DNA of 39,600 nucleotides from Phoronis australis (GCA_002633005.1 NMRA01001213.1:1-39600), one strand, 5' to 3'; shown: positions 24,153 through 36,800, numbered from the stretch's first letter. Notes: generated by a model from the letters alone, not told the origin. A program made the numbers and translations.

Positions 24153-24296
24153 AATGTAAAGATAGCAGTGGTCGCACTCACAAGCAGAACGAAGTGTGGG
24201 AGGAGTTAAAGTACGGGGTTCTACATGATTGTGAATGTAAAGTCCCAATCCCATGGATTCCTCAAATGCCACCTACAGGAATGTGCAATCCACGAG
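24153..24296 (+). CDS. Phase 1-1 exon encoding a fibronectin type I / VWC-like Cys module
   Basis: ttttcttgaacag| acceptor, GAG|gtatac donor, 144 bp. Encodes ECKDSSGRTHKQNEVWEELKYGVLHDCECKVPIPWIPQMPPTGMCNPR. Phase is compatible with 21418-21521. Confidence 0.65.
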
Positions 24297-24434
24297 GTAT
24301 ACACTTTTAGTCATTTAATATACAACATTTGAATGAACAGATAATTTCTCATTTCATTACCTAATGTGGAACGTTAGAGGGTTGCAATAATTAGTCAATT
24401 ATTAAACATTAATGAGAACTTGGGTTATTTTCAG

Positions 24435-24475
24435 AAACAGCGTCAAAGAACTTAATTATCATCATCTCGAGTTAA
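24435..24475 (+). CDS. Possible terminal coding exon (ETASKNLIIIISS*)
   Basis: ttttcag| acceptor, phase-compatible with the preceding exon. Very short, so weak evidence. Confidence 0.3.
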
Positions 24476-24618
24476 CCTTTATATACATGTATGGCACGTA
24501 CGAAAAAAGATAAGAACTTTCCAATAAGAACAAATTGGAAGAATGGTTGTTATGAACGAATTTGAGTAAGAATAAGATACTCATAGTCACGTTTTATGCT
24601 TATCCGATTACCACTTAA

Positions 24619-25157
24619 AGAGACATGGAACGCGAAAACTTGTCAGAAATTTCTTTTAAACAATTCCTGGCGAACGGTACCTTCACGCAACGTCTAGTAC
24701 AGAGTAATGTAATTCACTGACTCCTGTGAGGAAAGTTCCACAAAAATTCCAAAAATTCACAATTTTTGAAAGACTCGCGAAGGAAAAACTCTGTGGTAAC
24801 TTCAAAGTTTCTAATCTCATCACAAATGATAAATGCGCGCATGCACTCACAGCCAGTTGCTTGAGGCCAAAGGTCACATTTTCCATATAAAGGAAATGTG
24901 CTACGTTCACGTCTTGCCACTCCACATAAGGAGACGTGCTTTACCTTGTGGGAGAAAAATGGACAAAGTGGCAAGCAGTTGACAGATCGTTTTTTTGAAA
25001 TTTGAAACTAAAATCACATGCTTTGATATCAACAGAAATTAATCAACTTCACGAACAAACCCTAAAAATACCTGGTGTGCAGGTTGCATTCTGTTTCAGT
25101 GGAAGAGAAGTACTTTCAATATTGCAATTTAGTCTGTTTATGGCGTTCCTGGCCTCT
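24619..25157. mobile_element. Non-autonomous Kolobok-like MITE, 539 bp
   Basis: TTAA|AGAGACATGGAACGC ... GCGTTCCTGGCCTCT|CTAA: 15-bp TIR with 3 mismatches and a near-TTAA TSD. Confidence 0.65.
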
Positions 25158-26368
25158 CTAAGTAAACGCATACAGTATTAAAAAAATATTACTTTCTACC
25201 GATTTGGTTCGGACAGCACACAACAGTCAGTGATCATTATGTAGGCTAAATTATCACTCGATTGATTATCATGTCTTTATCTTAAGGTTGCGCTGGTCCA
25301 TGCAGTCGTCAAATGCGCTACGGCGAACAGTATTACAAGGTACTTGATGGCAACAGATACGTGTGCGGGTGCTACGAAGGGCCATCTTCCAATTTAGAGA
25401 ATGACTCTTCCCTTTCGCACATTTTGTGTGCTATTCTTCGTTAGCAAACATTCAGAGTTTGCACATTGACTTGTAAAGAATGAAAAGATGTCAATACAAA
25501 AAGTGTGCTAACTATTGGTCTGGTGTCAAGTGTCTGAAAGATCAAGATAATAGTGAACAATGCCTCCCACCATCACTTTCAAAACACCTTAAGTTCGAAA
25601 GTGTCATGCATGTACGTGCGACATTTCAAACGACAGGGGCATTCATTTATGTTTTTGTTGCGTCTATTAAAGTACAATTTCTAAAGTTGGTTCAATTATT
25701 ATATATGTACTAGTTAATAAGTATTGGAACTCGCAACTGCTGTTTTGCTCAATTTAAGTAACCGGGTTGCATTTTGCGGTAGTCGTAAAAACGGTGCGAA
25801 TGTAAACAGTTGAATTCAAAGATAGCCATTTATTAAAGTGAACATGTTGTTCTAATTCAAATAAACATTCTCCAGTTTCATGAGATTAACCGATTCCATT
25901 TTCTTTCTTGTTTTCCACGTACTCAGGTGGACGTGTTAAGACAGAGGATTTGCAGAGTAACATTCTTTATTACGTTTTGCTCCACCAGAATCCACACGCT
26001 AATGACTCATCGATCTGCGCGCGCATCTCGTGTAATCTCGAAGTGCAGTTAGCAGTGAATTAGCATCGTGTATTCCCAGTCGAGGCTAAGGATTGGATAG
26101 AGTAACAAAACGTCTCGACTGCACCACGACAATGACAAATGTAACTTCTAAATATGCGAGCAAAGGTAATGCTAAATTGATCCGATGCAAGGCGCTCAAC
26201 GCTTGCTAAATAAAAACATATAAATGCACGAAGTACACCCAACGTTGTACTAAATATTGAACACAAACGGTTACAAGCATACTGCAAATTAGTCGGTAAA
26301 CCAAAGATTAAACAAATTTGTGAAAACGTTTTGAATAAAATAAGGTCATGAACCTAACCTTATCTTAA

Positions 26369-27150
26369 AGGGGACGTCTTGAATTCAAAGAAGGACGCGC
26401 CTCTTTCCGGCTCAGCATTTTACTATCAAGCTTTGTTTCACATAAAATTCACAGATACAGAAATGTAAATATATATCTTATTCATTGAGGCGTGGAATAT
26501 GTTGCAAGCAGTTTATCCAATTCAATCCGACATCTTTTTGGTCACACCACGTGACCTAATGAATACAAGTCCTAAAAGATTTCTGACCACCTACCAGGAC
26601 TCGAACAAAGAACCTTCTGCTCAGCGTGCAGAGGCTCAAGCCTCTAGACGATCGGGTTCCGGTCGGGGACAGAAATCTTTTCGGACTCATGACGTGACCA
26701 ACAAAAAATGGCGGATTGAACGGGATAAACTGCTTGCAAAATATACAAAAATGTTTGCACTGATTTTACTGCAGTGTGCCATCATATACCCTCATGATCA
26801 AGGTTTCATTGAAATACTTCAACAAAGAATCGTGTTCCACAATACATTCGCAGCATTTCACAGCGCGATTGAAAAGTTATCCACAGCGCTTCAACCTCAC
26901 ATACCACGCGCATGGAAACTAAAAAAAAATGTAGTACGTTTTCCTATTATTCAGAGAGTTACATTCAGTTTTCTCAATCCCGTTAGTCGCCGTAGCCCTG
27001 AATTAAAATATCTTCGAGCCCCAGATATTGTCTCTGCTTCAGAATGAGTCGTTTTGCATTCAAGAATCGCGATTGTTTGTGATTGGAACATAGTTCATTT
27101 GCACACAATGCAATCAATGTTTTAAGAACTATTCAACTTTTTCACACCCT
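26369..27150. mobile_element. Possible TTAA-flanked non-autonomous element
   Basis: TTAA|AGGG ... CCCT|TTAA, but the inverted match is only 4 bp. Confidence 0.3.
26586..26660 (-). pseudogene. tRNA-derived sequence (SINE head or tRNA pseudogene)
   Basis: A-box-like TCGTCTAGAGG, stem-loop TCTGC-ACGCTGA-GCAGA, B-box GTTCGAGTC at tRNA-like spacing. T stem and acceptor stem are decayed. Confidence 0.45.
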
Positions 27151-27216
27151 TTAAAGGGTTACTAAATGGAATAAAAACACATTTTATTTATGCCAGTTCC
27201 GCCTCATAAGTAGGCA

Positions 27217-27324
27217 TTCAGAGTAGTAAACTGTATGTAAGTTGTGAACCAGATTTCGGAATGGTGAAAATTCGGAGTAATAAGCCTTCAGAGTAGTGAA
27301 CATTCGGAATAAATGCATGTAACC
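27217..27324 (-). repeat. Inverted degenerate array of the 16-bp TCCGAAGGTTCACTA motif
   Basis: ttcggagtaataagccttcagagtagtgaacattcggaat. Confidence 0.6.
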
Positions 27325-27470
27325 TCAGGAATCTCGTCCATCAAGTTCGTTGCTCACATGAAGTCTGCGAGGTTGTGCCCAATTGACAGTGATTTACAAG
27401 AGAAGACTTTTATTCACTAAACAAAAAATTTTATTCAATCCAAATTCTACGTATTTTATTCTTATTCTTC

Positions 27471-30400
27471 TTATTACTCTGCGCGTGTAAGCGCAGAGCT
27501 GTTGTTCCTGGGTTTTCTTCAATTTTATTTTTATTACCCTGCGCGTGCAAGCGCAGAGTCCTGTTGTTCCTGGGTTTTCTTCAATTTTATTCTTATTCGT
27601 ATTACTCTGCTCTTTAAAGCGCAGAGTTTTGTTGTTCTACGTATTTTATCTTTTTTATTCTTATTCTTCTTATTCTTCCTTCCTTTTCACATTGTTATTA
27701 CTGTTATATCGATTCACTTACAAGAATCATATTCACTGTAGTGGATACGATCATCAAGGGATTTCTATTGATGATATACATGTAGTTTTGACCCAAAATG
27801 CACCGGAATGACCTGAGATGGGTCAAGGAGTGCTTTTTTACAAAATGCTTCTTTTTCTACAGGTTTTTAGATAGACTTTTCGAATTTTGGTCACAAGTAG
27901 ACACTAGAAATATGCATCAGACATTTTTTTGGAATTCCAATCAGATGAATGGAATTGAGTTTCCGGGTCAAAGGTCATTCAGTGCAAAATTGATTTTTGA
28001 GCTAGACCTTAGATAACCATACATATGATTAACATTCAAAAAGGAAGTTCAGTCAAAAACTTTTGGGTCACTAGGTGCAACTTAAGGGTCATCAAGTGCC
28101 GTTTTCTGTTAAATTTCAGACTTTTTCAATCAGCTTGTACTTAAATGATAACAAGCAGGTACTAGAGAAGTGCATCCGAAATTTACTTGGAGTTTAACTC
28201 AGATCAAGGGAATCGATATTCCGGGTTAAAGGGCATAAATTCAAAAGTGATTTTTGAGCTAGACCTTCCCTAATCACGCATATGATCAATATTCATAAAG
28301 AAGTTCAGTCACAAACTTTGGTGTCACTAAGTGCAAGTTTGGGGTCATTAAGTGCATTTTTCTGTTAAAGTTAAGACTTTTTCAGTCAGCATGTACTTAC
28401 CTGATGCAAGAGTGAGAGCGTTCATATTCATGATGGTTCAACCAAGTGTCGATCGAATTCTATTGATCACGTGGATTTGACTCAAAATGCACCGTGTTGA
28501 CCCGAAAAGGTCAAGGAGTGCATTCTGTCGAATTGCTTCTTCTTCGACAGGTTATTAGATAGATTCTCCCGATTTTGATAACAAGCAGGCACTAGAGAAA
28601 TGCATCCGCAATTTACGAGGATTTTAAATCGGATCAAGGGAACCGAGTTTCCGGGTCAAAGGTCGTTAAGTGCAAAAGTGATTAAGTGCAGTTTTCTGTT
28701 AAATTTATGACTTTGTCAATCAGCTTGTACTTAAATGATGCATTAGGGAGAGCGTTTGTTCATGGCGGTTCAAACAATTGCCGATCAAATTTCATTGATC
28801 ACATGGATTTGCTTCTCAGTGTACCGGATTGACGCAAAAAGGGGCCAAGGAGTGCATTCCATCAAATTGCTTCTTCTTCTACAGGTATTTAAATAGAATC
28901 TCCGAATTTTGATAACAACTAGGCACTAGATAAGTGCATCCGAAATTCACTTGGCATTTCAATTGGATCAAGGGAACTGAGTTTCCGGGTCTAAGGTCAT
29001 TCAGTGCAAAACTGGTTTTTGAGCTAGACCTTACATAATCACGTATCTCATTTTCATACGTAAAAGAAATTCAGTCACGAACTTTGGAGTCATTAGGTGC
29101 AACTGTGGGGTCATTAAATGCAGTTTTCTGTCGATATTCTAACTTTTCACTCTCGCTCTTTCATAGTTAGCAGGGTCATGTATTTTTTTCACGCATGGGA
29201 TGCAAATTCTATGCAATGTAATGCCCCTATACTTCACTGTGCACCACGCGCAGAGTTGTAAGTGCGCATACGCAATTGCATTCTAGCTCTTCTCATTCTT
29301 GTTTTTGTCCCTTCCTTTTCCGATTATTGCTCTTACATCGATTCGTTGACAACAATCATATTCATTGTGGTTGATAAGATGATCAAGAGATTTTTATTAA
29401 TTATAATGTTTTGACCCAAAATGCACCTGAATGACCAGAAATAAATCAAGAAGTGCATTTCGTAAAGATGCTTCTTCTACGGGTTTTTGAGATAGACACT
29501 TCAAATTTTGTCAACAAGTACGCCTAAGAAACTGCTTCAGAAATTTACATGGACTTCCATTCGTACTAAGGGAACCGAGTTTCAGGGTCAAAGGTCATTA
29601 AGTGCAAAAGTGATGTTTGAGCTAGACCTTTCATAATAACGCAAATGTTTTCCAGTGTTGAATGAAGTTTAACAACAAACTTTTGTGTCATTAGGTGCAA
29701 CTTTGGGGTCATTAAGTGCAATTTTGTGCCAAATTTTAGACTTTTTTAATTAGCTAGTACTTACATTTCGTCTTAGAGAGAACGTTCATTTTCATGGTAG
29801 TTCGACCATTTGCCAGTCAAATTCTATTGCTCATATGAGTATGACCCAAAATGCACCGAAATGAACCAAAATGGGCCAAGGAGTGCATTCCGTCAAAATG
29901 CTTCTACGGGATTTTAGACAGAATCTTTGAATTTTGTTAGCAAATAGGTACTAAAGAAGTGCATCCGGAATTTACTTGGAATTCTAATTGGATCTAGGGA
30001 ACGAGTGTCCAGGTCAATGGTCATTAAGTGCAGAAGTCATTTTTGAGCTACATGTTTCATTATTACGCATGTGACTTACATTTATAAAGGAAGTTCAGAC
30101 AGACACTCTGGGGTCATTAGGTGCATTTTAGGGGTCATTAACTGCAGTTTTCTGTTAAATTTCCGACATTTTCAATCAGCTCGTACTTACATGAAGCATA
30201 CGGGAGAGCGCTCACACCAAGGACATCTCTCTTTTTCACAAAAACAACGCAAACTCTAAACTCCGTTACACGGCTATAACTTCCCATGCACGTGCGTACA
30301 ACACGCGAAGAGTTGTAAGTGCGCATAGGCAATTGCGTTCTAGTTCTTATTTTTATTCTTCTTATTCTTCCTTCTCCAAATTTTTATTAGTCTTACACCG

Positions 30401-32597
30401 ATTTGTTGGCAACAATCATATTCATTGTGATTGATACCACGATAAAGGGATTTTTATTAATTATAATGTTTTGACCCAAAATGCACCCGAATGACCCGAA
30501 ACGGGACATGGAGTGCATTCCATCAAAATGCTTTTTCTTTTTTTAGATAGACTCTTCAAAGTTTCTCAACAAGTACACCCTTAAAAACTGCATCTGAAAT
30601 TTACGTGGAATGAAGGGAACTGAGTTTCCGGGTCAAAGGTCATTAAGTGCAAACGTGATTTTTGAGCTACACCTTTGAAAATCTCGCATGTGATTACTAT
30701 TGATAAAGTAAGTTCAGTCACAAATTTTGGGGTCACTAGGTGCATTTTTAGGATCATTAACTGCAGTTTTCTGTTAAATTTAAAACTTTTTCAATCAGCT
30801 TGTACTTAAATGATGCATTACGGAGAACGTTCAAATTCAAGGTGGTTCAACAAATTGCCGATCAAATTCTGTTGTTCACATGGGTTTGAATCAATATGCA
30901 CCTGACTGACCCGAAATGGGTCCAGGAGGTCATTCCGTCAAATTGCTTCTCCTTCTACAGGTTTTTAGATAGACTCTTCAAATTATATTAACAAGTAACC
31001 ACTAGAGAACAAGGAGTGCTTTCCATTAAATTGCTTACTCTTGTACATGTTTTTAGATAGACTCTCCGAATTTTGAAAACAAGCAGGCACTTGAGAAGTG
31101 CATCCGACATTCTCATGGAATTTAAATCGGATAAAGAGAATCGAGTTTCCGGGTCCATGGTCATTAATTGCAAAGTGATTTTTGAGCTAGACTTTACATA
31201 ATCACGCATAAAGTTTTCATTCGTAAAGAAGATTCAGTCACAAACGTTGGGGTCATAAGGTGCAACTGTGTGGTCATTAGGTCCAGTTTTTCGTTGATAT
31301 TTTTACTCTTTACTCTGTGCGTGCAAGCGTAGAGAACTGTTGTTCCTGGGTTACTCTTGCTCTTTCACTAAGGAAGTGCATCCGATATTTACTTGGATTT
31401 CCAATCGGATAAAGGGAACTGAGTTTCCGGGTCAAAGGTCATTAAGTGCAAAATTGATTTTTGAGCTAGACCTTTAAAAATCATGCATATGATTACCATT
31501 CATAATGGAGGTTCAGTCACAAACTTTGAGGTCACTAGGTGCAACTTTGGGGTCATTAAGTTCAGTTTTCTGTTAAACTTAAGATTTTTTCAATCAGCTT
31601 GTACTTGATTAATTAATTAGGGAGAGCGTTCATATTCATGGTGGTTCAACCATTTGCCGATCAAACTCTATTGTTCACATGGGTTTGATTCAAAATGCAC
31701 CGGATTGACCTGAAATGGGTGCATTCCGTCAAATTTCTTCTTTTTCTACAGGTTTTATATAGACTCGTCAAATTTTATTAACAAGTAGGCACTAGAGATC
31801 TGCATCCGTAATTTCCTTGGAATTCCGATCGGATCAAGGGAACCGAGTTTTCTGGTCAAAGGTCATTAAGTGGAAAATGCATTTTTGAGTTAGACCTTTC
31901 ATAATCATTCATATGATTACAATTAATAAAGGAAGTTCACTTACAACATTTTGGGGTCACTGGGTGCAACTTAGGGGTCATTAAGTGCAGTTTTTTTGTT
32001 ACATTTCAGACTTCTTCAATCAGCTTGTACTTAAATGACGCATTAAGGAGAGTGTTCATATTCATGGTCGTTCAACCAATTGCGGATCAAATTCTATTGG
32101 TCACTTGGATTTGACTCAAAATGCACCGCAGTAACCCGAAACGCGTCAAGGAGTGCATTCCGTCAAGTTCCTTCTTCTTCTAGATGTTTCTAGATAGACT
32201 CTCCAAATTTTGAAAACAAGCAGGCACCAGTGATCTGCATCCGAAATTTGCTTGAAATTTAAATCGGATCAAGGGAACCAAATTTCCGGTTCAAAGGTCA
32301 TTAAGTGCAAAAGTGACTTTTGAGCTAGACCTTACATAATCACGTACATACGTTTCATACGTAAAGGAAATTCAGTCACAAACTTTGGGGACATTAGGTG
32401 CACCAGTGGGGTCATTAGTTGCAAGTTATCTTTGATTTTCTTACTTTTGACTCTTGCTCTGTCATAGTTACCAGGGACATCTCTCTCTTTCTCACAAAGG
32501 ATGCAACTTCTATGCATTGTAATGCTCCTATACTTCAATGTGCACGTGCATACACTACGCGCAGAGTTGTAAGTGTGCATACTCAATTGCATTATAG
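27471..32597 (+). mobile_element. Cluster of Helentron/DINE-1-like non-autonomous elements, family A, with ~430-bp internal tandem repeats
   Basis: 5' palindromic heads TTATTACTCTGCGC..GCGCAGAG (27471, 27531, ~27600, ~31311) followed by a TTC/TTA microsatellite. 3' subTIR ACGCGCAGAGT followed by CTAG/ATAG ends at 29286, 30343 and 32597. The marker gagtttccgggtcaaaggtca recurs ~11 times, often 424-435 bp apart. Confidence 0.75.
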
Positions 32598-32600
32598 TTC

Positions 32601-35600
32601 TTATTACTCTGCGCCTGTAAGCGCAGAGTGCTGTTGTTCCTGGGTTTTCTTCAATTTTATTATTACTCTGCGCCTATAAGCGCAGAGTACTGTTGTTCCT
32701 GGGTTTTCTTCAATTTTATTATTACTCTGCGCCTGTAAACGCAGAGTACTGTTTTTCCTGGGTTTTCTTCAATTTTATTACTCTGCGCGTGCAAGCGCTG
32801 AGTACTGCTGTTCCTCGGTTTTGTTCAATTTTATTCTTATTCTTATTCTTCTTTCGACCAATTTTGACACTTAATAATTCTAAAATGGTTGCAGGTATGT
32901 TCTTCAAATTTAACAAATGGTGTAAGGCAGTATATAAATTTTTATTCATTATATATTCATATTCCATAATGCACCGGAAGAGGTCATTTGGTACAAAGGT
33001 CATGTAATTTTCAAAATTCTACTCCTTCTTTATTTTAAAAGCTATTCTTTTCAAATTCGGTACACAGGTATAAGCCAATAAGGCAATTTAAAAATTACTT
33101 TTCTATGTAATCGGGTTATCCAATCAGGCTAAACAGGTCAAAGGTCATTAGGTGCAAACAAAGATTTTAAGTTAGACACTTCAAATTCACAGGTCTAATT
33201 GGTACAGGTAATTCAATTTGGAATCCAATGTTCCAGGTTATTTAGTGCAAACATGGGGTCATTAGGTGCATTTATCTTCTGAAAAATTGACTTTTCATTC
33301 ACCAAGCATTCTGATGAGATTCTCAGCATTAAAGCTTTTTTTCATTGGCTTTGCAATAATTCTCCTAAAGACGCTTATAATTCACCGGATATGGTCAATT
33401 AGTGTAAAGGTCATCTAACGTTCAAAATGTTATATCTCAGGTTTTTCAAGGAATTCTTTTCAATTTCAGTACACTGGGGTAAGTCAACATGCCAATTTAA
33501 AACCCTACTTTACTACGCAATAGGCCTAAGCAATCAGAAAAAATAGGTCAAAGGTCATTAAATGCAAACTAAAATTTTGAGCTACAGACTTCAAAATTAC
33601 GTATCTGTTCACTAAATGCGATTGAATTCTAAATTTTCAGGTCATTTGGTGCACCCATGGGGTCTTAAGGTGCAGTTTTCTTCTGAAAGTTTGACCAATT
33701 CATTTATCTTGTATTCTGAAGTGCTTTAAGTAAAACATCTGTGATTCTTAGCATTAACCAAACTTTAAATAGAGTTTACAATTATTCCCTCATCGGGGTT
33801 CATAATGCACCGGAAGAGGTCAATTAGTGGAAAGGTCATCAAAATATTAACGTGTAATTTCTTCTATAATTTTAAAGAATTTCTTTTCATATTGGTAAAC
33901 GGGTTGCCGTCAGTAAATTCCCAAAACAATTCCAGTAATACGCTCGCGCAAAGTCCATTTTTGCACGTCGTGACAATAGTCTTTCTAGTTCTTCTTACTA
34001 CTCTGCGCGTTCAAGCGCAGACTTTTACTGTTCTACGTATTTTATCTTCTTATTACTCTGCGCGTGTAAGCGCAGAGTACTGTTGTTCCTGTGTTTTCTT
34101 CAATCTTATTTTTATTCTTCTTCCGACCAACTTTGACACCTTATAACTCCAAAATGGTCGCAGTCGCAGGTATGTTCTTCAAATTTAACATATGATTTTA
34201 GGCAGTACATAACAATTCCAGTAATACGCACGCGCAGAGTCCATTATTGTCACGCCGTGACAATAATCTTTCTAGTTCTTATTCTTATTCTTCTTATTCT
34301 TCTTCCGACCAACTTCGAGGCTTAATAACTCCAAAATGGGTGCAGGTATGTTCTTTAAATTCTGCATGTGATTTTTGGCAGTATATACATTTTGATTCGT
34401 GTATATAATCATATTCCATATTGCACCGGAGGAGGTCGTTTGGTGCAAATGTCATATAATTTTCAAAATGCTACTCCTCCTTCAGTTTTAAAGCTATATT
34501 TTTCAAATTCAGTGCACAGGTATAAGTCAACAAGACAATTTAAAACTTACTTTTCTAAGTAATCGAATCATCCAATCAGGTAAACCAGGTCAAAGATCAT
34601 TAGGTGAAAATTAAATTATGAGCTAGACACTTCAAATTCACAAGCTTGATTGGCACGTCTAATTAAATTCGAAACACAAATTTTTAGGTCATTTAGTGCA
34701 ACCATAGGCTCATTAGGTGCAGTTTTCTTCAGAAAATTTGTACTTTTCATTCACCAAGTGTTCCAATGTGTCAGCCGTTAGACAACTGTTATTCTCAGCA
34801 TTCAACACACTTTTCATGGGCTTTGCAATAATTCTCCTGAAGACGCTTATAATGCACCGGATATGGTCAATTAGTGCAAAGGTCATATAACGTTAAAACT
34901 GTTATATCTCTTACATTTTTCAAGGAAATCTTTTCAATTTCAGCACACTGGTGTAAGTCAACATGCCAATTGAACACCCTACTTTACTAAGCAATATGCC
35001 TATCCAATCAGAAAAAATAGGTCGAAGGGCATTGGGTGCAAGCTAAAATTTTGAGCTAGAGACTTCAAAATTACATATCTATTTAGTGAATGCAATAGAG
35101 TTTCAATTCTAAAGCTTCGGGTCATTTGTTGCATCCAACGGGTCATTAGGTGCATTTTATATTGAAAGTTTGACCAATTCATTCATCTTGTATTCTGAAG
35201 TGCTTAAAGTAAAACATCTGTGATTATTAGCATTAGCCACACTTTTAATCGAGTTTACACTTACTCCCTCATCGGGGGCTCATAATGCACCGAAAAAGGT
35301 CATTTAGTAGAAATATCATCAAAATATTAACATGTAATTTTTCCTATAACCTTAAAGAATTCCTTTTTATATTTGTAAACGGGTTGCTGTCAGTAACTTC
35401 CCATAACAATTCCAGTAATACGCACGCGCAGAGTCCATTATTGTCACGCCGTGACAATAACCTTTCTAGTTCTTCTTATTGTTCTTCCAAACAACTTGGA
35501 GGCTTACTAACTCCAAATTCGTTGCAGGCACGTTCTTTGAATTCAGCATATGATACCTGTACATATATTTGACAAGACATAAAGTTTGATTCGTTGATAA

Positions 35601-36386
35601 TCATATTCCATATTGCACCGGAAGAGGTCGTTTGGTGCAAAGGTCATATACTTTTCAAAATGCTACTCTTTCTTCAGGTTTAAAGCTATCTTTTTCAAAT
35701 TCGGTGCACAGGTATAAGTCCACAAGACAATTTAACAAATTACTTTTCTAAGTAATCGAATCATCCAATCAGATAAAACAGGTCAAAGGTCATTAGGTGC
35801 TAACTAAAATTTTGAGCTAGACACTTCAAATATACAAGGCTAATTGGTACATCAATTCATATCGAAATACAAAGTTTCAGGTCATTTAGTGCAAATATGG
35901 TATCATTATGTGTATTTTTCTTCTGAAAATTTGTCATCTTCATCCACCAAGTATTCTGATGTGTCAACCGTTAGACAACTGTGATTCTCGGCATTAAATA
36001 TACTTTTCACCTAATTTGAAATAGTTCTACTGAGATTGCTTGTAATGCACTGGATAGGGTCAATTAGTGAAAAGGTCTTCTGAAAGTTTGACCAATTCAT
36101 TCATGCTGTGTTCTGAAGTGCTTAAAGTAAAACATTTGTGATTCTTAGCATTAACCACACTTTTAGTCGAGTTTACAATTATTCCCTCACCGGGGCTCAT
36201 AAGACACCAAAAGAGGTCAATTAGTGTAAAGGTCATCAAAATATTAACATGTAATTTCTCCTACAAGTTTAAAGAATTTCTTTTTCTATTGATAAACGGG
36301 TTGCTGTCAGTAACTTCCCATAACAATTCCAGAAATAAGCACCCGCAGAGTCCATTATTGTCACGCCGTGACAATAATCTTTCTAG
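32601..36386 (+). mobile_element. Cluster of Helentron/DINE-1-like non-autonomous elements, family B
   Basis: Same heads (32601, 32660, 32719, 32775, ~33996, 34050). 3' ends CACGCGCAGAGT + hairpin attattgtcac-gcc-gtgacaataat + CTAG|T at 33988, 34275, 35469 and 36386. Bodies are about 1.15, 0.16, 1.19 and 0.92 kb. Confidence 0.8.
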
Positions 36387-36419
36387 TTTACTTTTATTAT
36401 TAACAGTTACAGCCCGCTG

Positions 36420-36800
36420 AACGTCAGGTCCAGCCCCAGCATATTCGGTAAAGATATAAATCGACAGCATCAAAATTGTTGCAGCTACTGGTGCTATTAA
36501 GTACAATGACAACTATGTTAGTAATAATTTTGAATTTCCTTCCGATTCAAAGCGCTTTACGTGGCATCGATCCGTACTCGGCCAAATTCGCCCGAGTGCC
36601 GCTGCTTGTGTAGATGACAGGATCGTGCATACGATAAGAGGAGGCTTTATGTTATTCATAAACTACGCGCGTGGTGGCTACAATAAAGGGCAACAAGGGA
36701 TTCTAGAAAAGCTTAGCCCTACGACGTAAGAAAGCTACATGTATGTAGCAGCGAGAGAGCTTCCAAAGTTAGTGTGGCGTGAATGCCTTAAAAGGGAACT
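36420..36800 (-). repeat. Inverted homolog of 15110-15500
   Basis: Reverse-complement similarity. Confidence 0.7.

Noticed and set aside
26499-27047. Longest ORF (182 aa)
   Set aside because: No recognisable domain; it overlaps a tRNA-like motif and a probable non-autonomous element.
32601-32830. CRISPR-like palindromic repeats with ~59-bp period
   Set aside because: The intervening sequences are near-identical to each other; these are element 5' heads.
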